64,000 bases of DNA, from IMG/VR virus record IMGVR_UViG_3300037067_011504, positions 1-64,000 of that record; one strand, given 5' to 3'. Position numbers and translations under genes: made by a program. This DNA is from a virus (lineage: Duplodnaviria; Caudoviricetes). This document shows positions 60,729 through 64,000 of this stretch, piece after piece. Numbering within the stretch: the stretch's first letter is position 1; every line of letters starts with the position of its first letter. The notes under the pieces are model-generated. The model was not told the origin of the DNA. It made no database searches and worked only from the letters and a program-made list of their open reading frames with translations.

Positions 60729-61052
60729 TTATTTATCAAGATGATCTTCAAGTATCTCACTCATAAGCATAGCACATATAGCTTCTTTATGTTCATGTTT
60801 AGGTTCTAATGATTTCATAAATGCTACACAATAACGCCATATTTCTTTTCGTTTAGATTCATCGATATTATTCTTGAATATAACTTTACCACCAGAAAAG
60901 AAAAGATCTGAGAATAATTTATTATATGGTGTATGACCATGTAAAAAATTTCTTTCTTTAGCTTCTTGGAGTAATTCAGGTATTGTATTATATGTACTAA
61001 ATACCATCTCAATACCATTTGGTTTTGGATAATCAAATTCAAATAAATTCAT
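60729..61052 (-). CDS. hypothetical protein
   Basis: FF-GG...S-EPKHEHKEA motif. Confidence 0.65.
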   Translation of the reverse strand: MNLFEFDYPKPNGIEMVFSTYNTIPELLQEAKERNFLHGHTPYNKLFSDLFFSGGKVIFKNNIDESKRKEIWRYCVAFMKSLEPKHEHKEAICAMLMSEILEDHLDK

Positions 61053-61397
61053 AATTTATAATTTTTAAAGGTTTATAATAATTAGATCATTATCTACAAC
61101 ATAAAATATGGTTAAATAATATCAATAGGATAGCTTACATAGTTAACTATCTCATTTCAAGGCAATATATATCATCAATAAATAATCACCATCAATTATA
61201 AGCAAATAATAGCATATATATAGCAATATCATAGTTAAATCCATCGCTTATTATAACTTATCTTTATAATAGATCAATCATTATATTATAATAACTGGTA
61301 ACATAAGATAATAATAATGATATCTATAGTATATACTTATTAATATAGTATATTCTCTTGTATTTACTACATATATTACTTATAAAAAGGTAAGAAA

Positions 61398-61477
61398 AGG
61401 GGTAAAATAGCCATTAGATTCAGGTTTACCCGCCTTAAATACCAATGATTCTGTAAAAGAACATACTATTTACCCCT
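61398..61477 (-). ncRNA. candidate structured RNA (three-way junction)
   Basis: Closing stem aggggtaaatag/ctattttacccct with two internal hairpins; G-U pairs favour the minus strand. Confidence 0.4.
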
Positions 61478-61610
61478 AATCTCAACAATATTTAATAATT
61501 TAAAGTAAAGTCGGTGATTTACTTAAATTCATTTTTGTTTTCTCGGGACCAAACTTAATAATTTAAAGCAAAATGGTTTTCATATTACTCGCTTAATCCC
61601 ATGAAGTAAT

Positions 61611-61638
61611 AAAAAAAAGGGTCTTTCGACCCCTTTCT
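61611..61638 (-). terminator. intrinsic terminator
   Basis: Minus strand gggtc-GAAA-gaccc plus U8, right after the TAG of 61639-62025. Confidence 0.9.
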
Positions 61639-62025
61639 CTACATCTCCACGCTGACAAATGTCCTGACTCTTCCCTGTTTTGACCTGAAAGCATAATCTT
61701 TCACAAGGTTCTTACTATCTTTCAGATGTGTTTCCAGATCGTCAGTAATGCCAATATTGACATTATTGTAACTCTTGGCATTGGATTCACCTGTTATATT
61801 TGCTTTGAGTGCAAAGAATCCCATAGGTTTGTTGTCCCTTGATGTGTAAGGTATCCATGCAATAACAGGTTGTAAACCTTCATCTTTAGACTTTTGCGTT
61901 TCAAACTTGCCGGAATACAATCCCGCTGGAATTTCGGGTATAATAGTTGCAATGGTAACACCCTTAGCAACCAATTCTTTTTGGAGTTCTTCTTTTTCGC
62001 TCCATGTTAAGCTGTTGTTGTTCAT
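61639..62025 (-). CDS. first gene of the leftward (early) arm, hypothetical
   Basis: 128 aa, has its own terminator, visibly higher GC than its neighbours. Confidence 0.75.
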   Translation of the reverse strand: MNNNSLTWSEKEELQKELVAKGVTIATIIPEIPAGLYSGKFETQKSKDEGLQPVIAWIPYTSRDNKPMGFFALKANITGESNAKSYNNVNIGITDDLETHLKDSKNLVKDYAFRSKQGRVRTFVSVEM

Positions 62026-62191
62026 AACTGAATAGATTAAATGAATAAATAAAACATAATTACTATTTGCTTTGCTTTTGTCCTTTGCACCGACAACGGC
62101 GGACAGTCCAGCAATGCTGGAACCATACAGGGGTTAACATGAGGTGGTATCTATTGACGGGTACATATAATGGATAGGGGTATCTAATCAA

Positions 62192-62264
62192 GTATATATA
62201 GAGGATGGAAGGTATGGGGGGTGTATTAAGGTATATATAATAAGGTATGGGGGTATATATAGAG
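62192..62264. repeat. short direct repeats in a G-skewed tract
   Basis: aaggtatggggg at 62209 and 62242; gtatatatagag at 62192 and 62253. Confidence 0.7.
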
Positions 62265-62305
62265 TTAAGGTTAAGGTAGAGGTTAAGAAGAGAAGAGATA
62301 AATTA

Positions 62306-62337
62306 TTTGGAATATATATATATATGGTATATATTTG
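62306..62337 (+). promoter_or_regulatory. Bacteroidota sigma-A-type promoter P1
   Basis: TTTG-N20-TATATTTG, matching the consensus TTTG-N19-21-TAnnTTTG. Confidence 0.75.
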
Positions 62338-62404
62338 TTGCGTCGAATAAAAATGCAACAGAGATGGAGGAGAGGTTTTTTTTCATATATAGGGGGTTAG
62401 GTTT

Positions 62405-62475
62405 AATAACAGGGGACCATCGGTGGGAGTTAGTGCATCTCCGGGACAGCCGATGGTTTTCCTTTTGTATGTTAT
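62405..62475 (+). ncRNA. structured leader/ncRNA or attenuator downstream of P1
   Basis: Stem aggggaccatcggt/gccgatggttttcct with an inner ggag/ctcc hairpin and outer ataaca/tgttat pairing. Confidence 0.45.
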
Positions 62476-62633
62476 CGGGGTAGTGGACTGACGAGGATGT
62501 GCATATTATGGTGATCATTATGCAGGAGGTTAGATCGGACTCGGTTTGGGACAGCATCGTTGGATCGGGTAGTTGTTGTATTGTGGTTTTTGTTTTGGGT
62601 ATTTCTTTTTCTTATTTTCTTTGGTGACTTTCT

Positions 62634-62664
62634 TTTGTTCTTTTTCTGGAATAGTTTATATTTG
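62634..62664 (+). promoter_or_regulatory. Bacteroidota sigma-A-type promoter P2
   Basis: TTTG-N19-TATATTTG(C). Confidence 0.75.
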
Positions 62665-62739
62665 CATACGATATATATAATATTAATTAATTAAAATAGG
62701 AGGTAACAATGCGAACGTAATAACTAATACAATCGCAAC

Positions 62740-62883
62740 GTGGCTCAAAAGAAGACACAGAAGAGAAAAGGCGGAGAGAAGAAATATGGACGTAATAAAC
62801 GTCCTGTCAATTCTGCCATGAGTGCTTATGTAAGAGGGAAGATAACATTTGAATCTTATCAGAAGCAGACAAAGATGAAATGA
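62740..62883 (+). CDS. small basic protein (47 aa), not in the ORF track
   Basis: GTG start, MAQKKTQKRKGGEKKYGRNKRPVNSAMSAYVRGKITFESYQKQTKMK; lies between P2 and a terminator. Confidence 0.6.
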   Translation: MAQKKTQKRKGGEKKYGRNKRPVNSAMSAYVRGKITFESYQKQTKMK

Positions 62884-62914
62884 GTTGATCCTACCATGTG
62901 GAGGAGACAAATCG

Positions 62915-62946
62915 AAAAGAGGCAATCAAGATATTGACCTCTTTTT
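62915..62946 (+). terminator. intrinsic terminator
   Basis: aaaagaggcaat/attg-a-cctcttttt. Confidence 0.7.
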
Positions 62947-62991
62947 GCATTTATATATAATATAAGGTATATATTAATGTTGGAGATAATA

Positions 62992-63023
62992 TTTGTTATA
63001 TATAATAATAAGGTATAGATTTG
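62992..63023 (+). promoter_or_regulatory. Bacteroidota sigma-A-type promoter P3 for the structural operon
   Basis: TTTG-N20-TAGATTTG, 38 nt before ATG 63062. Confidence 0.75.
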
Positions 63024-63061
63024 TGTATTAGAATTTATTAATTCATTAAATAATAGTTATT

Positions 63062-63589
63062 ATGGGAATAGAAAGATTAACAAAGGATAGGGTATCATTG
63101 AGTAAGTTAGTGGTACCGGTAACAGCAGATAAGATGAATGAGGTAATAGATACTCTTAATAGTCTTACTGCTGTAAGTTGTTTAAAGACTATAAGGAAGA
63201 CGATAGGGTTTCCAGGGGCAACGACAACGGACTACAAGTTCACGTCAGCGGAAAACACTACTGAGCAGGTTGTTATATTAAGGAATATCATACCTGCGAG
63301 AGCAAGGATAGCAGATATATATCTTTTGACAGATAGGGAGTTTGTAGGAGCGACAAACTTATCGGTAGATGTAGGATCGGCAAGTGGAGGTGATCAGTAT
63401 ATAGCAGCAGCAGATATTGTTGCGAAGAATGCCATATTACCAATGGCAGCAGCAGGGGCGTTTGTCACGTCACCATCGGCAAGTGTGTTACATGTATATG
63501 TTAATGCCACACCAGGAGCTAACTGGAATCTGCATACAGAAGGACAGTTATCAGTTTATATAATATATATTGATGTTACTGATTTATAA
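63062..63589 (+). CDS. head fibre/decoration-like protein
   Basis: N-terminal V-ADKMNEVID-LN anchor plus a beta-sandwich (IPA-A-I...F...L-VG...G-L-V-I-Y). Confidence 0.6.
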   Translation: MGIERLTKDRVSLSKLVVPVTADKMNEVIDTLNSLTAVSCLKTIRKTIGFPGATTTDYKFTSAENTTEQVVILRNIIPARARIADIYLLTDREFVGATNLSVDVGSASGGDQYIAAADIVAKNAILPMAAAGAFVTSPSASVLHVYVNATPGANWNLHTEGQLSVYIIYIDVTDL

Positions 63590-63620
63590 TTAGAGTTTAT
63601 TAACTTAAAAAAGAAAAGAA

Positions 63621-64000
63621 ATGGCAGTTATTGATTTGATCAACAAGACTAACTTTCTTCCCACTAAGATACCCATCAAGGTACCGGCAGAGAAGGTTAA
63701 TGAGGTTATCAGCAGACTTAATACAATAAGTTCTGGTAATGGGGTACTTGAAGCGGATACTATTAATGAATATACATCAGGAGCTGGTGTGACCATTGAT
63801 GGTGTTCTTATAAAAGATGGTACGGTGACTACTACGGCACCTACTATTAAGAGTGTGGCACCGGCTGTCACGGCACATGCCGGAGGCACTAAGGCAGCAG
63901 CCTTCCAGCTGACAGAAGAGCTTAATGTCATCACTACGTGTGCCACAGCACTGGATAGTGTGTTGTTACCATCAGCTGTTGTAGGGCAGGAGATAACAGT
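63621..64000 (+). CDS. head-fibre-like protein, 3'-truncated (missing from the ORF track)
   Basis: MAVIDLINK...VPAEKVNEVISRLN...DTINEYTSGAGVTIDGVLIKDG...DSVLLP; open to the window end. Confidence 0.8.
   Translation, partial: MAVIDLINKTNFLPTKIPIKVPAEKVNEVISRLNTISSGNGVLEADTINEYTSGAGVTIDGVLIKDGTVTTTAPTIKSVAPAVTAHAGGTKAAAFQLTEELNVITTCATALDSVLLPSAVVGQEIT

Noticed and set aside
62487-62540. ctgacgag resembling a hammerhead ribozyme core
   Set aside because: No GAAA after the following stem and no stem I/III pairing found.
62303-62925. Minus-strand ORFs 62303-62557 and 62683-62925
   Set aside because: Atypical composition; they overlap plus-strand promoters, hairpins and the 47-aa ORF.
63605-63946. 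Minus-strand 113-aa ORF in the track
   Set aside because: Antisense shadow of the real plus-strand gene starting at 63621.
1-64000. Genome-wide stop-codon reassignment as in some Crassvirales
   Set aside because: Very long ORFs are intact in code 11, TAG and TGA both end genes, and no suppressor tRNA was seen.
1-64000. tRNA genes, CRISPR array, integrase or IS elements
   Set aside because: No T-loop/cloverleaf, regularly spaced repeats or recombinase/transposase motifs noticed by eye; a tRNAscan/CRISPR scan would be definitive.

Overview
A 64-kb fragment of a Crassvirales-like (crAss-like) podophage, very probably infecting Bacteroidota, using the standard genetic code. It has three blocks. 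(1) Bases 1-33271 (+): lysis cassette (amidase, holin-like, spanin-like), ring/IHF-like/muzzle tail genes, two cargo proteins, and one 6104-aa virion RNA polymerase polyprotein carrying a DFDID motif, an SF1 helicase, two HExxH modules and a degenerate PD-(D/E)xK domain, followed by small fibre-like genes and a convergent terminator. (2) Bases 33345-62025 (-): an apparently complete early/replication arm of about 60 mostly small genes, including RuvC-like, Toprim, Gp37/68, RadC, exonuclease, nucleotidyltransferase, SMC-like ATPase, DnaB, HNH, ASCH, stand-alone DnaA domain IV and transglycosylase genes. I recognise no DNA polymerase or DnaG primase in it. (3) A roughly 1-kb divergent control region with three Bacteroidota sigma-A-type promoters, G-skewed repeats and structured-RNA candidates, followed by head-fibre-like genes (+). 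The most notable observations are a possible host-replisome-dependent replication module (host-like DnaB with a large insert plus DnaA-IV), a circularly permuted lectin-like domain nested inside a FISUMP domain, and candidate ncRNAs. All family calls come from motif recognition by eye; no searches were run.
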